A DNA stretch of 64,000 bases from Cyanobacteria bacterium P01_A01_bin.123 (GCA_039815185.1 JBCBZT010000002.1:160001-224000), one strand, 5' to 3'; positions 44,017 through 54,656 are shown, counted from the stretch's first letter. Program-made: numbers and translations. The notes: generated from the letters alone by a model not told the origin.

Positions 44017-45152
44017 GTCAGACCATCACCGGTTCCAAATTTTCAACCCACCCCTACAGCCTTTACATTGAACGTTTACTGGCTGGAAAGGCCCTATTGC
44101 CAGACGGTGAAACCAACGTTCTAGAAGTTGTGGGAATTTTAGACAGCTACGGCGTTGTTTTGGATGCCTATTCTAAAAACCTGATTTATATCGCTGAACA
44201 CCAGTTCTTGAAGATATTTCCCTTTTTTAAGTATTTCAACGGTGAGGTCTCTTGGGGTAAACTGCTGCAGTATTGGTGGCATGATCGCATCAACTACGAA
44301 TACGCCGAGTACTGCATGAGAACCATGATGTGGCACGGCGGCGGTGGTCTGGATACCTATCTCGATACACCAGAATTTTCTAAGGCCTGTGAAGTAGCCA
44401 TTCAGGCAAAACTCAAAGGCAATCCTTTCATGCAAGCCCTCCATCGGGTGTTCCCCGAATTTTTGCCGGAACAGATTCGGCAGTTGGCCTATACCAGCGG
44501 TCTGGGTCAATTCTGGCGGGTGATGAGTGATATTTTCATGAGTCTGGCAGAGTGCTACAACCGGGGCCAAATCACAACGATTCCGCAGGTGGTTGAGCAT
44601 ATCAAGGCAGGCTTGGTCGCCGATGCCAGCAAACCCATCACCTACAGCGTTGACATTTTGGGGCAAGCTTACGATCTGCTGCCTAAATCGGCAAATCTAA
44701 CCTTTCTGATGGATACAGGGGTGCCCTATGTAGAAGCCGTTTTTTTCCGAGGCACACCATTTTTGGGGACGGTCTCTTACAACGCCCAAGCGAACCAGAT
44801 TTCTCCAGATCAAAGTCGGTTTGCCTATGGCGCACTCTATGCCGATCCATTGCCGATTGGCGGCGGTGGCATCCCGCCTACGCTGTTGATGCAGGACATG
44901 ATGCACTTTGTCCCTGATTATTTGCAGGCGTTTTACGATCAAACCACCCGTGGACAGGGAGACGTGCGGGTCAAGATTTGTCAGAGTTTCCAAAAATCCA
45001 TGTTTTGCGTGACGACGGCAGCAATTATAGGGCTGATGCCTCACCCGGCAGATACGCAATCGCCGGAAGAACAGGTTGTGAATCGAAAGTATTTAGAGGG
45101 TTGGCTCGATCGTTTGTCAACTTCTCGGTTAGAAGTGGTTCAGATCAGTTGA
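44013..45152 (+). CDS. cupB: CO2 hydration protein CupB (ChpX)
   Basis: HDRINYEYAEYC, WHGGGGLD, LGQFW, FQKSMFCVT; 379 aa fits CupB rather than the longer CupA. Confidence 0.9.
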   Translation: MSQTITGSKFSTHPYSLYIERLLAGKALLPDGETNVLEVVGILDSYGVVLDAYSKNLIYIAEHQFLKIFPFFKYFNGEVSWGKLLQYWWHDRINYEYAEYCMRTMMWHGGGGLDTYLDTPEFSKACEVAIQAKLKGNPFMQALHRVFPEFLPEQIRQLAYTSGLGQFWRVMSDIFMSLAECYNRGQITTIPQVVEHIKAGLVADASKPITYSVDILGQAYDLLPKSANLTFLMDTGVPYVEAVFFRGTPFLGTVSYNAQANQISPDQSRFAYGALYADPLPIGGGGIPPTLLMQDMMHFVPDYLQAFYDQTTRGQGDVRVKICQSFQKSMFCVTTAAIIGLMPHPADTQSPEEQVVNRKYLEGWLDRLSTSRLEVVQIS

Positions 45153-45233
45153 ACGCATCAAATTTTGACGTTTCTCAAGGTTCAACGCAGTCATAATTTC
45201 GCTGCTGCCAAATCTTACCATCACGATAATTCC

Positions 45234-45761
45234 ATGATACGGAAATGTAGAGATAAAGACTTTGAATCTATCTTCGATATTATTAACGATGCGGCAATTG
45301 CCTACAAAGATGTAATCCCAGCGGATCGGTGGCATGAGCCATATATGACCAAGGAAGAGCTTAAAACACAAATCGAGGATGGCGTAAGATTCTCATGTTA
45401 TGTCGATAATAATGAAATCATCGGCGTCATGGGAATTCAGGACAAGACGGATGTTGAGCTGATTCGTCATGCCTATGTCAGAACTAAACAAAGAAACAAA
45501 GGCATCGGAACACTTTTGCTTCGGGAACTGATCAAAGATTCAACAAAACCAATTTTGATCGGAACCTGGAAGGCAGCGACTTGGGCGATCAGCTTCTACG
45601 AAAAACATGATTTTTGTCTTGTTGATGAAGAAGAAAAGAACCGATTACTCAGGAAATATTGGGCAATTCCAGAACGTCAAGTTAAGACTTCAGTAGTCTT
45701 GGCAGATAAAAAATATAAGAATTCAGACAAACATAAAGAACCAAGAACAGCAAAATCGTGA
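45234..45761 (+). CDS. GNAT family N-acetyltransferase
   Basis: RHAYV, QRNKGIGTLL acetyl-CoA motif, AISFYEKHDF; AT-rich. Confidence 0.85.
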   Translation: MIRKCRDKDFESIFDIINDAAIAYKDVIPADRWHEPYMTKEELKTQIEDGVRFSCYVDNNEIIGVMGIQDKTDVELIRHAYVRTKQRNKGIGTLLLRELIKDSTKPILIGTWKAATWAISFYEKHDFCLVDEEEKNRLLRKYWAIPERQVKTSVVLADKKYKNSDKHKEPRTAKS

Positions 45762-45936
45762 AAGGATGTCCAACATTTATTGGTTCCCGAGGCGTCCTTG
45801 TTGAACGCAATCCTGGCGAAGTCCACATCACCCGCGGTTCCGCTGTCATCCAACATAATGATCCTAATGCAGCGACTGATGACAATTATTCTCGTGGTTT
45901 CAAAATGGTGCAACAAAAAGCCTTGTTTTTAGAAAG

Positions 45937-46517
45937 CTATTGATTAATCAATTCTGTCCCCTCATAAATCTGATCCAAAGAAATCTCGAACTCAATTGAA
46001 GAGAGAACAAGCTCCTGAGTCCTATTGATATATTCCTTCAACAACCAATATCCTCAGAAGTTTTAGAAAAATGTTTCACAAGTACCTGATATTGATCAAC
46101 CAAAACATATTCCTGAAACTCAGGAATCGTGCGATAGAAGTCAAACTTATCTCCCTGGTCATAATTTCGAGTGCTTTTTGACAGCACCTCAACGATCATT
46201 TGAGGATTCGTCACCGTATCTGAGCGCTCTTCGTAAAAAGCGGGTTCCCCAGCAATGACCATCACATCAGGATAGGTAAAGAGTTTACAGCTAGGTATCC
46301 ATAGGCGCACATCACCAATAAAAACCTTGTAAGGTTTCCGCCGTAGGGCAAGCTTTAGGTAGGCATAAAAATTACCCGCAATATCGTTGTAGTCGGTAGT
46401 TCCGCCAGTCATAGGAACGACCTCACCATCTCGATACTCACTTTTGTAATCTGCTGTTTCTTCTAGCTTCAGATATTCTTTAGGGGTGTAATATCGCTGC
46501 TGTGTTTGTGCTGACAT
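45937..46517 (-). pseudogene. Uma2 family endonuclease-like gene, frameshifted near 46053
   Basis: YPDVMV, IVEVLSKST, EYVLVDQ; the C-terminus GYWLLKEY...ISLDQIYEG continues in another frame to TAG at 45937. Confidence 0.8.
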
Positions 46518-46558
46518 ACATTACCTCTGTCGCCTCAGCAGAGTCTGATCGTTTCTGA

Positions 46559-47626
46559 TTAGTGAACGGACGCAATCTGCGATCGCCCCACAGCATTCGC
46601 TAACTTCCGTAACATGTCAGCCGTGGTCTCAAAGTCAACACAGGCATCGGTGATGCTTTGACCATAGGTCAACTGACTTAGATCCTTAGGAATTGGCTGC
46701 TTGCCCGCAATCAGATGGCTTTCAATCATTACCCCAAGGATGTGCTTTGAGCCAGCAGTGAGTTGATCAGCCACGCTGTCGAGGACAGTCAGTTGGCGAT
46801 TGTGATCTTTGTTGGCGTTGGCGTGGCTGCAATCAATCATCATCCGGGGATTGATCCCATCTTTGTTCAGGGCAGCGGCGGCTTGTTCCACACTGTCGGC
46901 GTTATAGTTGGGGCCATGTTTGCCACCCCGCAACACCAGATGGCAGTCTGGATTGCCCGTTGTCGTCACGATGCTGGCTAACCCATGATGGTTGATACCT
47001 AAGAAATGGTGGGGTTGACTCGCCGCTAGCATGGCGTTGGTAGCGGCTTGTAGGCTACCATCCGTGCTGTTTTTAAAGCCAATGGGCATCGATAAACCGG
47101 AGGCCATTTCCCGGTGGGTTTGGCTTTCGGTCGTGCGAGCTCCAATGGCCGTCCAACTAATCACGTCAGCAATGTATTGGGGCGTAATCGGATCGAGCAG
47201 TTCGGTGGCGGCGGGTAGACCTAGATGAGCGAGGTCTAATAACAGCTTGCGGGCAAGCCGTAAGCCTGTGTTGATGTCGTAGCTGTTATCAAGGTGAGGA
47301 TCGTTGATCAGGCCTTTCCAACCGATGCTGGTGCGGGGTTTTTCAAAATAGACCCGCATGACGATTTCCAAGCGGTCGGCGAGTTCTGCCCGCAGCTTCA
47401 CCAGCTTCTCTGCGTAGGCATAGGCAGCGTCAACATCGTGAACCGAACACGGCCCGACGATCACCAGCAGACGACGATCTTCGTTGTAGAGAATATTGCG
47501 AATGCGATCGCGAGTTTCCGCCACTAGCGTTGCTGCTGCCTCTGTCGTTGGCATTTCATGGTGCAACAGCGCAGGGCTGACTAGGGGGCGGGTTTCAACG
47601 ATGTGCAAATCTTGAGTTTTAGGCAT
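46559..47626 (-). CDS. DAHP synthase, class I-alpha (AroF/G/H type)
   Basis: GPCSVHD, RVYFEKPRT, IGARTTESQTHR, DCSHAN, SITDAC. Confidence 0.95.
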   Translation of the reverse strand: MPKTQDLHIVETRPLVSPALLHHEMPTTEAAATLVAETRDRIRNILYNEDRRLLVIVGPCSVHDVDAAYAYAEKLVKLRAELADRLEIVMRVYFEKPRTSIGWKGLINDPHLDNSYDINTGLRLARKLLLDLAHLGLPAATELLDPITPQYIADVISWTAIGARTTESQTHREMASGLSMPIGFKNSTDGSLQAATNAMLAASQPHHFLGINHHGLASIVTTTGNPDCHLVLRGGKHGPNYNADSVEQAAAALNKDGINPRMMIDCSHANANKDHNRQLTVLDSVADQLTAGSKHILGVMIESHLIAGKQPIPKDLSQLTYGQSITDACVDFETTADMLRKLANAVGRSQIASVH

Positions 47627-47845
47627 TGGGATGATTTATCCGTGGCATTACAGTAGATGGGTGCTGACTGTTCTGTTCATAAGCAGCTTCAACTTTATTG
47701 TGGGGGTTAAGTCTGAAAAAATAAGCTTTTGTCCCAGAGGCTTTATCTTTTCTTTTTGTAAGCCTCGTTACAGATATTGTCATCTAATCCGGAGACCTTT
47801 TGCAGGCTAATGCTTCCCCACACCCAGGATTTCCTAACAGTCCCC

Positions 47846-48130
47846 CTACAGCCGGGCTTGGAAAGTTGCCCAATCCAGTCCTTGCTCTAGATATTGAGGA
47901 TTGTTTGGAGTATATGGACCTTGGAGGCGATCGATCGACTGAATCGTTGCCCCTATCGGCAGCACTGCTACATCCGGATCAGCCGCTGTGGGGCGCATAA
48001 GAGAGCTGGAAAATCCTCTGAAAATGATGATTTCATCGGCTTCTCCATCGATTTCTGCTTTGACTAACAATACCTCCTGGGGATAGCGGAGGGAGTATTG
48101 TTCGAGTTGTTGACCTGGCGTGAGTGTCAC
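47846..48130 (-). CDS. Conserved cyanobacterial hypothetical protein
   Basis: LEQYS...EVL, IFRGFSSSLM, IDRLQGPY motif pattern; co-oriented with DUF3177 gene. Confidence 0.75.
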   Translation of the reverse strand: MTLTPGQQLEQYSLRYPQEVLLVKAEIDGEADEIIIFRGFSSSLMRPTAADPDVAVLPIGATIQSIDRLQGPYTPNNPQYLEQGLDWATFQARL

Positions 48131-48169
48131 GGTAAATCCCTCAAACGTTATTGATCCGCAGGCAGGTAG

Positions 48170-48766
48170 CTATTGATTGATGGCGGTGCGTCCCTGCCGA
48201 CCTAGGCGAAACATGACGAAATATCCTAGACACAATAAATAGACAATCAGCGCAGCGATGCCCAAAAGGCCTAAGAACCCAGCGGTTGTATTGGCATGAA
48301 AATACTGCTTGTAAAGCAGGGGAGGCTGGAGCCAACTTTGGCAAACAGAACCCGCAAAAGCCAATCGAGAGAAGGCACACTGCATGTAAATGGCCACAAA
48401 AAGGGTACCCACTATGTTGTACACAGTGACCGCCCAGCGCCAAGCAGTAAAGATAAATTTGAGGGGAGATTGGGGTTGCTCTCGAATTTCTTCATTAAGA
48501 TCGGCCCAAAACCAAAGACTGATTGGAATCAAGACCCGCGCCATTAGCGCCGCAATAAAGCTGAAGGCAAATCCCCCAATCATTAGGTAGACCGTAATCG
48601 CCAGCAGGCTAGCTACCTTCCAGTAAATTGAGAAGAGACGCTGAATGGCCTCGGCGCGTTTAACAAACGCCCAAAGGGATAATCCCAGTGGGATAAAAAC
48701 GGTGAATAAAACAGCTAATCGATAATCAGCCCACACTAGGGGCAATAAAACTGAGGCATCGTACAT
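48170..48766 (-). CDS. DUF3177 family membrane protein
   Basis: LVWADYRLAVLFTV, IYWKVASLLAITVYL, SLWFWADLNEE, RQGR. Confidence 0.85.
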   Translation of the reverse strand: MYDASVLLPLVWADYRLAVLFTVFIPLGLSLWAFVKRAEAIQRLFSIYWKVASLLAITVYLMIGGFAFSFIAALMARVLIPISLWFWADLNEEIREQPQSPLKFIFTAWRWAVTVYNIVGTLFVAIYMQCAFSRLAFAGSVCQSWLQPPLLYKQYFHANTTAGFLGLLGIAALIVYLLCLGYFVMFRLGRQGRTAINQ

Positions 48767-48797
48767 GGGTGAATGGGCCTGAACAGGCTTACACAGC

Positions 48798-48828
48798 AAA
48801 AAGGCTGAACCTATGTAAGTTCAGCCTT
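48798..48828 (-). terminator. Intrinsic terminator after cp12
   Basis: On - strand AAGGCTGAAC-loop-GTTCAGCC followed by TTTTT. Confidence 0.7.
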
Positions 48829-48958
48829 GCGAATCATAGCCCTAAACTAGGCTTCAGTTTAGCCGTGGGCTAATGCGACAGATGATTAAGTGAGGAGCAG
48901 TCGCAGTGCTAAAGCTAAACCTTGGCCACTCAGGGGGAATCCCTAAAGGGGGCATGAT

Positions 48959-49180
48959 CTAGTTATCGTAAACGCGGCACTCGTCGGCATCCGGGTTGTT
49001 GTCACAGTATTCCTCGAAAGAGGTTTTCTTCTTTTCTGAACGCTGGTGGGAGGCTTCAGCCTGAAGCTCTTCGACCGCATCCCAAGCGGCTGCGCACTCT
49101 TGAGAGCTGCCGCCGTTGACATCACAAGCCTCACGAGCCTGCTCACGTTCTTTTTCAATTTGTTGTTGAATATCGCTCAT
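48959..49180 (-). CDS. cp12: Calvin cycle regulator CP12
   Basis: AWDAVEEL core, both Cys pairs (C..C and YCDNNPDADECRVY). Confidence 0.96.
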   Translation of the reverse strand: MSDIQQQIEKEREQAREACDVNGGSSQECAAAWDAVEELQAEASHQRSEKKKTSFEEYCDNNPDADECRVYDN

Positions 49181-49563
49181 AGACGTTAAGTGCTGTAACT
49201 GCTTACTAACTCGCCGAGGAACTTCCAGAAACCAACAGGCAGAACCTGCGGTGCAAAAATTCCTATCTTCATTAGTTTAACCACCAGAACCGTAAAGCAA
49301 CAGTGTGGGGAACCTCAAAAGTCTTAAATCATACCGTAGATATAGTCAGCCGTTGACATTAGTTGCCCGTTGAAAGGATGCCTAGGGGGCTAAATCAGAC
49401 GTTAGACGGCTGCGTAGGAGCACGGTACACTTGAGCTTACTTCACGATACTCAACTCCAGGACGAGATCATCGCGCGCTACGGCTGGACAGGTATCCAAT
49501 GGGTGCCTGGGTAACTCTGATATCAGGTGACGCTAACATTGCTATCGCGGAGGTAACTCCATT

Positions 49564-50814
49564 ATGACGACTCCAGGTCAAACCATGCATTGGACTAGTG
49601 TCTTATCCACTCGGGCATCCCTCGAAACTGCTGTTAATGAAGTAGTTGAGCAGGCTCAGCGATCGCTAGAGGTGCTTCCGGATCTGGGCTTTGTGTTTAT
49701 CTCCTCGGCTTTTGCTAGTGAATTTCCTCGGTTGTTGCCTTTGCTCCAAGAGCAGTTAGCCATTCCCACCCTGGTGGGCTGTAGTGGTGGTGGGGTAGTC
49801 GGGTGTGCTGACGATGGCTCTCCCACTGAAGTCGAAGATAAACCGGCTCTCAGTCTCAGCCTGGCTCATTTGCCCCAGGTTGATCTTCATGCTTTTCATC
49901 TCTCTGCTGATGACCTACCCGATTTAGACAGCCCGCCGGATCAATGGGTAGAGGCTATTGGTGTTGCCCCAGACACTAATCCTCAATTTGTGTTGATGGC
50001 TGATCCCTACTCTCCTGGAATCAACGACTTACTTCAAGGGTTGGATTTCGCTTACCCCGGATCAGTTAAAGTAGGGGGCCTAGCTGGCATTGGTAGTTTC
50101 AATAAAAGCAGCGGCTTGTTTTGCAATAATCGGCTCTACACCGATGGGATTGTCGGTGTGGCGCTGTCAGGCAACATTACCTTGGATGCCATTGTGGCCC
50201 AAGGATGCCGTCCCATTGGTCAGCCTTACCGCGTGGTCGAGGGGGAACGCAATGTAGTGCTAAAACTCGACGACGGCACTGAGCAGGGTGTTCACTCGGT
50301 GCGACCGCCGATAGAGATTTTGCAGGAGCTGTTTGAAACCCTGAGCGAGGCTGATCGTCAACTGGCCCAGCAATCTCTATTCATTGGGGTCGAGCAAAGT
50401 GGCTTTAAGCCCACTCTGGGACACGGAGATTTTTTGATTCGCAATTTGCTTGGGGTTGATCCAAGGTTGGGGGCGATCGCGATTGGCGATCGCGTCCGGC
50501 CAGGGCAGCGGGTTCAGTTTCACCTGCGCGACGCCCGCACCTCAGCCGAAGACCTTGACCTATTACTCAGTCGCTACCCGGCAGTTCCCTTAGCCAGTAA
50601 TCCAACAGCGATGGGAGCCTTGATGTTTTCTTGTATGGGACGAGGCGAGGGCCTCTATGAAACCCCTAGTTTTGATGCCCACCTGTTCGATCGCTATCTG
50701 AAGCAGGTTCCCCTTAGCGGCTTTTTCTGCAACGGTGAGATTGGCCCGATTGGTGGGACGACCTTCTTGCATGGGTATACGTCGGTTTTTGCCATTTGCC
50801 GCCAGCCTGATTAG
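49564..50814 (+). CDS. FIST N/C domain protein
   Basis: LVGCSGGG, KVGGLA, VAQGCRPIG, FLIRNLLG, FSCMGRG, GFFCNGEIGP. Confidence 0.9.
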   Translation: MTTPGQTMHWTSVLSTRASLETAVNEVVEQAQRSLEVLPDLGFVFISSAFASEFPRLLPLLQEQLAIPTLVGCSGGGVVGCADDGSPTEVEDKPALSLSLAHLPQVDLHAFHLSADDLPDLDSPPDQWVEAIGVAPDTNPQFVLMADPYSPGINDLLQGLDFAYPGSVKVGGLAGIGSFNKSSGLFCNNRLYTDGIVGVALSGNITLDAIVAQGCRPIGQPYRVVEGERNVVLKLDDGTEQGVHSVRPPIEILQELFETLSEADRQLAQQSLFIGVEQSGFKPTLGHGDFLIRNLLGVDPRLGAIAIGDRVRPGQRVQFHLRDARTSAEDLDLLLSRYPAVPLASNPTAMGALMFSCMGRGEGLYETPSFDAHLFDRYLKQVPLSGFFCNGEIGPIGGTTFLHGYTSVFAICRQPD

Positions 50815-50933
50815 GCGTTGAAAGAAAGAAAAGTAGTTTGGTGACCTCAGCCAGCGTTGATGATGGTTTTCAAGGTCATACCCGATCTGAAAATGCACCT
50901 TTGAGTCAAGAAATCCCAGTCAGGATAGGCCGC

Positions 50934-52100
50934 TTAAGCCGTAACAATCCCCTGCGCTGCCGCCCACTCCCCAAGATCCTGCTGCCCAATTGCCGCCGCC
51001 ATCAAATCCGGAAACTGATCTGGCGTACAGGCAAAAGCCGGACTACCCAAAGTCGCGAACCGAGCTGCGTTTTGATGGTCAAACATGGGTGCCCCATCGT
51101 CATTGAGCGCCAGCAGCGTAATTATCTGCACTCCAGAGGCAAGCAACGTCGCAACCCGCTTAAGCATCGCGTCAGTGTTGCCCCCCTCATATAAATCGCT
51201 GATCAATACCAAAATCGTTTCACTGGGTTGACGTACCAACCCCTGACAGTAGCTCAGCGCTTGATGAATATCTGTGCCGCCCCCCAGCCGCGTCCCAAAC
51301 AGCACATCTACCGGATCTTGCAGCATCTCGGTCAAGTCCACCACAGCCGTGTCAAACACCACTAGATGGGTACTTACCGCTGGCAACGATGCCAGCACTG
51401 CCGCAAAGATGCTGGCATACACCACCGAAGTTGCCATGGAGCCACTTTGATCGATGCACAACACGATATTGCGCAGGCTTGAACGCTTGCGACCATAGCC
51501 AATCAGGGTCTCGGGGATAATGGTGCGGTAGTCGGGCTGGTAGTGGCGGAGGTTAGCACGGATGGTGCGGTGCCAGTCAATTTCGTTATGACGGGGGCGG
51601 CGGTTGCGAATGGCGCGATTGAGACTGCCCGCGATCGCTTGCTGCATCGGATTCTTCAACTTGCGCAGCAGCTCATCCACCACTTTTTGCACCACCAGTC
51701 GCGCGGTTTCTTTCGTTTTGGCCGGAATCACGCTACCCAGGGAGATCAGGTTGGCCACCAAGTGTACATCAGCCTCAATCGCCTCCAGCATTTCGGGTTC
51801 CAGCAGCATTTGGCGCAGATTAAGCCGTTCCAGGGCATCCTGCTGCATCACCCGTACCACTGAACTGGGGAAATAGTTGCGGATGTCTCCCAACCAGCGA
51901 GCTACATTGGGTGCTGATTTGCTCAATCCGCCCCTGCGATCGCCCGTTGAATCCGCATCATAGAGCGCCGATAGTGCCTGATCGATCGCGGTATCGATGC
52001 TGCCCAGTTGAAAGCCTCCCTCAGTGCCAATACCATCCGCGTCTTGTCCACCCAAAATCAGTCGCCAGCGGCGCAGTCGCTCAGTTTCAAACTCTGTCAT
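50934..52100 (-). CDS. VWA domain protein, CoxE/YehP-like
   Basis: RLRRWRLILG, WLGDIR, MIDAS DQSGSM, GGGTDI, ISDLYEG. Confidence 0.9.
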   Translation of the reverse strand: MTEFETERLRRWRLILGGQDADGIGTEGGFQLGSIDTAIDQALSALYDADSTGDRRGGLSKSAPNVARWLGDIRNYFPSSVVRVMQQDALERLNLRQMLLEPEMLEAIEADVHLVANLISLGSVIPAKTKETARLVVQKVVDELLRKLKNPMQQAIAGSLNRAIRNRRPRHNEIDWHRTIRANLRHYQPDYRTIIPETLIGYGRKRSSLRNIVLCIDQSGSMATSVVYASIFAAVLASLPAVSTHLVVFDTAVVDLTEMLQDPVDVLFGTRLGGGTDIHQALSYCQGLVRQPSETILVLISDLYEGGNTDAMLKRVATLLASGVQIITLLALNDDGAPMFDHQNAARFATLGSPAFACTPDQFPDLMAAAIGQQDLGEWAAAQGIVTA

Positions 52101-52167
52101 GACATAGCCTTCAACATGATTTAGGAGGTCGCTTTTTCAAGAGATTGGTGGAGCTGTTCAACACGGG

Positions 52168-52288
52168 TCGATCCCCCCTAGCCTCCCTGCAAAAAGGGGG
52201 AACCGGACTCAAAGTCTCCCTTCTCAAGGGGGATTTAGGGGGATCGATGCTGATCTGTTTTCACGCTTTGATGTTTCAAATGGGTTCT
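52168..52288. repeat. Cyanobacterial REP-like palindromic element overlapping the DUF5682 stop
   Basis: TCGATCCCCCCTAGCCTCCCT-AAAAAGGGGG ... TCCCTTCTCAAGGGGGATTTAGGGGGATCGA nested inverted repeats. Confidence 0.7.
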
Positions 52289-54653
52289 GCTCAGACCCGA
52301 GCAGCAATTGAGCAATCAATGGCAGTACTGTTTCAGCGCGATCGCGATCGAAGCGATCGCCCCCATCAATCCCTACAGGTACCTCAATCGAACCGCCCTG
52401 CCGGACTTTTTCACCCATTTGGCGACGCTCTGGAGCAGTAAATGTGGCAAAGGTGCGGCGTAGCAGCGGCAACAGCGTCGTGAACGCCCCCTCATTCAAC
52501 GTCACAATCCAGCGATCGAGCACTGTCCAAATGGCATCGTCATGGAGCAACAGCAAACCACTGCCCTTCAAAAAACCTTCGATCCACGCCGATGCCTGCA
52601 CCAAATCGCTAGCCGTCGACAGGGCAAAGCTGAGACGACGAGCAGCTTCCTCTGAGTCAATTTGATCGTCGTCGAGCAGCAACCGACAGCAGCGTCCCGC
52701 GAGTAAGCCGTGCAGATCGACTTGATCCGCCAGTTTCGTTAGGGTAGCCAACCAGTTTGCCTGATGCTCCGCGTTTTGTAGTAGCTTGATTGCCCGGTGG
52801 GTTCCCATGAGATGCTGATCCATCGCTGCCGCTGCATCATCGTCTAGAGAGGCACAAGCCCCGGGTAAACCAATACAAATGCGGAGCACTAAGCCATGCA
52901 CCACAGGGCGCACGATCGCGCTATCGGTTTGACGTACGTTGCTGTAGCGCAGAATGTTGGCCAAGGTTGGTAGGGCAGTCATCAGGTGAGCAATGTCGCT
53001 GGCGACAGTCGCGATTGCCTGCAGTTGGCGCATTAACAGCGGCATCGCCTCAGTGAGTTCTGCTAGCAGTACCTGATCAAGCAGGGCGGTCAGCGTGGGC
53101 AAGTCCGAACTCGATTCTGCCTGGGTGATTGCAAAGGCAGTAGCTGCTGTTTCTACCGTGTTGCCCCAGCGCGAGGCTTCGATGATGGCAATGGCAAATT
53201 CCGGTTCCCAACATAGCCGCCATCCTTCTCTAAATGTGCCTGTGCTACTGGTATGGCTGGGGATGCCCCAGGCAATCTTCAAAATAGTGAGGCGGTGCAG
53301 CAGATGCGATCGCGCCAAGTCATTTTCTTTCCGCAAATCCAGTTCCAGCAACTTTTCACTCGCTTCGGGTTTGAGGCGTAACCGCTTTTGTAACACCTGT
53401 AAGTCTTGCTGTAGGGGCACAATCGGGGCATCTTGGGGAACGGTGCCTAAGCGATCGCCCACGATCAATTTGTCGTGGATCAGGCGCATCGGGGCGCGAT
53501 CGCCAAAACACAACACCGCTTGGGTGGCTTCGTTGAGTTCATCAAGGCTGGGCAGGGGGCGATCGCGCAATGCCGCCAAAGACTCTGCTAATCGTACGGC
53601 TTCAATCACGCTAGCTGATGACGCATCGATATCTTCTTGTCTGAGCAACTGCGCCACCTGCGTCATCCAGCGAATCGCAATTTGATCGCCATGGTGCCAT
53701 AGATGGTGATACCATCCTGGCGACTCTACCCCTGCCCCATAGCCACTGGTGTAGGACAGTCGTCCATAGCTCCAGGGCACCCAGGTGGCTTTTACCTTGA
53801 GCTTGGGTAACCCTTTGAGCAGCGCGTTGTCTTGTTTCACAGCAGGCGTAGTGTTGAGAACGGGCGCGTGCCAAGCACCACAAACCACGGCAATATTTTC
53901 GAATCCCTCCTTTTGAGCCTGGCGAATAACACGCCGCATATAAGCTTCTCGCTGGGCTTCGCGTCGATCTTGGGGATGGTTAAGAGCGGGCGGATCAACG
54001 GCATCGACTTCTGTGCGTAGGGCTGTCATCGCTTCTAAGATAGCGGCGAACAGGTCAGTGCCATCTTGCCGCTGCTCCACGATATGCTCCCACCAGCGTT
54101 CGCCATCGGTATAGCCTGCGGCTTCAGCCAACCACGACAGGGGATCTCGACGAATTTTGTGGATCAAGGGCGAGGTCATGTCACGCGGCTGCTTGCCATC
54201 GACATCGTCAGCTATCTCGGGTACTGCTGGGGCTGCCTCAGAATCAGGGGATGATAAGTAGTTAACTGGGTTTTCACCTGTGGGCTCAGATAGCATTTGC
54301 GGAGAATCAGCCGTTGCTTGGGCCGCTTCTATTGCCTTTTGCTGAGCAAACTGGTGGGTCTGGGGTAGATCCATAAACCGCACCGGAATGTTTTGAGACA
54401 AGCCATACTGAATCGCTTGCCACTCTGGAGAAAAGCGCGCAAAGGGGTAGTAAGCTGCCCACTTCAGCGCATCGAGGGCATAAATCAATAGGGCAACAGG
54501 CGGTTGCAACTGGTTGTGGGCGATCAGTGAGATAACACTGTCTCCCTCAGGTGGCCCTTCCACCAGCAAGATATCAGGCTGCATGGCGGCTAAAGCCTGC
54601 CTCAGACTCCGCGCCGACCCTGGCCCATGGTGACGAATGCCAAAGACTTGCAT
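52224..54653 (-). CDS. DUF5682 family protein (YehM-like)
   Basis: FGIRHHGPGSAR, LVEGP, FSPEWQA, REAYM, VVCGAWH, SGYGAG, SHLLHRL. Confidence 0.88.
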   Translation of the reverse strand: MQVFGIRHHGPGSARSLRQALAAMQPDILLVEGPPEGDSVISLIAHNQLQPPVALLIYALDALKWAAYYPFARFSPEWQAIQYGLSQNIPVRFMDLPQTHQFAQQKAIEAAQATADSPQMLSEPTGENPVNYLSSPDSEAAPAVPEIADDVDGKQPRDMTSPLIHKIRRDPLSWLAEAAGYTDGERWWEHIVEQRQDGTDLFAAILEAMTALRTEVDAVDPPALNHPQDRREAQREAYMRRVIRQAQKEGFENIAVVCGAWHAPVLNTTPAVKQDNALLKGLPKLKVKATWVPWSYGRLSYTSGYGAGVESPGWYHHLWHHGDQIAIRWMTQVAQLLRQEDIDASSASVIEAVRLAESLAALRDRPLPSLDELNEATQAVLCFGDRAPMRLIHDKLIVGDRLGTVPQDAPIVPLQQDLQVLQKRLRLKPEASEKLLELDLRKENDLARSHLLHRLTILKIAWGIPSHTSSTGTFREGWRLCWEPEFAIAIIEASRWGNTVETAATAFAITQAESSSDLPTLTALLDQVLLAELTEAMPLLMRQLQAIATVASDIAHLMTALPTLANILRYSNVRQTDSAIVRPVVHGLVLRICIGLPGACASLDDDAAAAMDQHLMGTHRAIKLLQNAEHQANWLATLTKLADQVDLHGLLAGRCCRLLLDDDQIDSEEAARRLSFALSTASDLVQASAWIEGFLKGSGLLLLHDDAIWTVLDRWIVTLNEGAFTTLLPLLRRTFATFTAPERRQMGEKVRQGGSIEVPVGIDGGDRFDRDRAETVLPLIAQLLLGSEQNPFETSKRENRSASIPLNPP

Positions 54654-54656
54654 GAT

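Noticed and set aside
45758..45943. 61-aa ORF after the GNAT gene
   Set aside because: No motif; overlaps the restored Uma2 stop; could be a gene fragment but is unassignable
46559..47626. Functional link between DAHP synthase and the carboxysome cluster
   Set aside because: Opposite strand to cupB and separated by unrelated genes; proximity alone is not evidence
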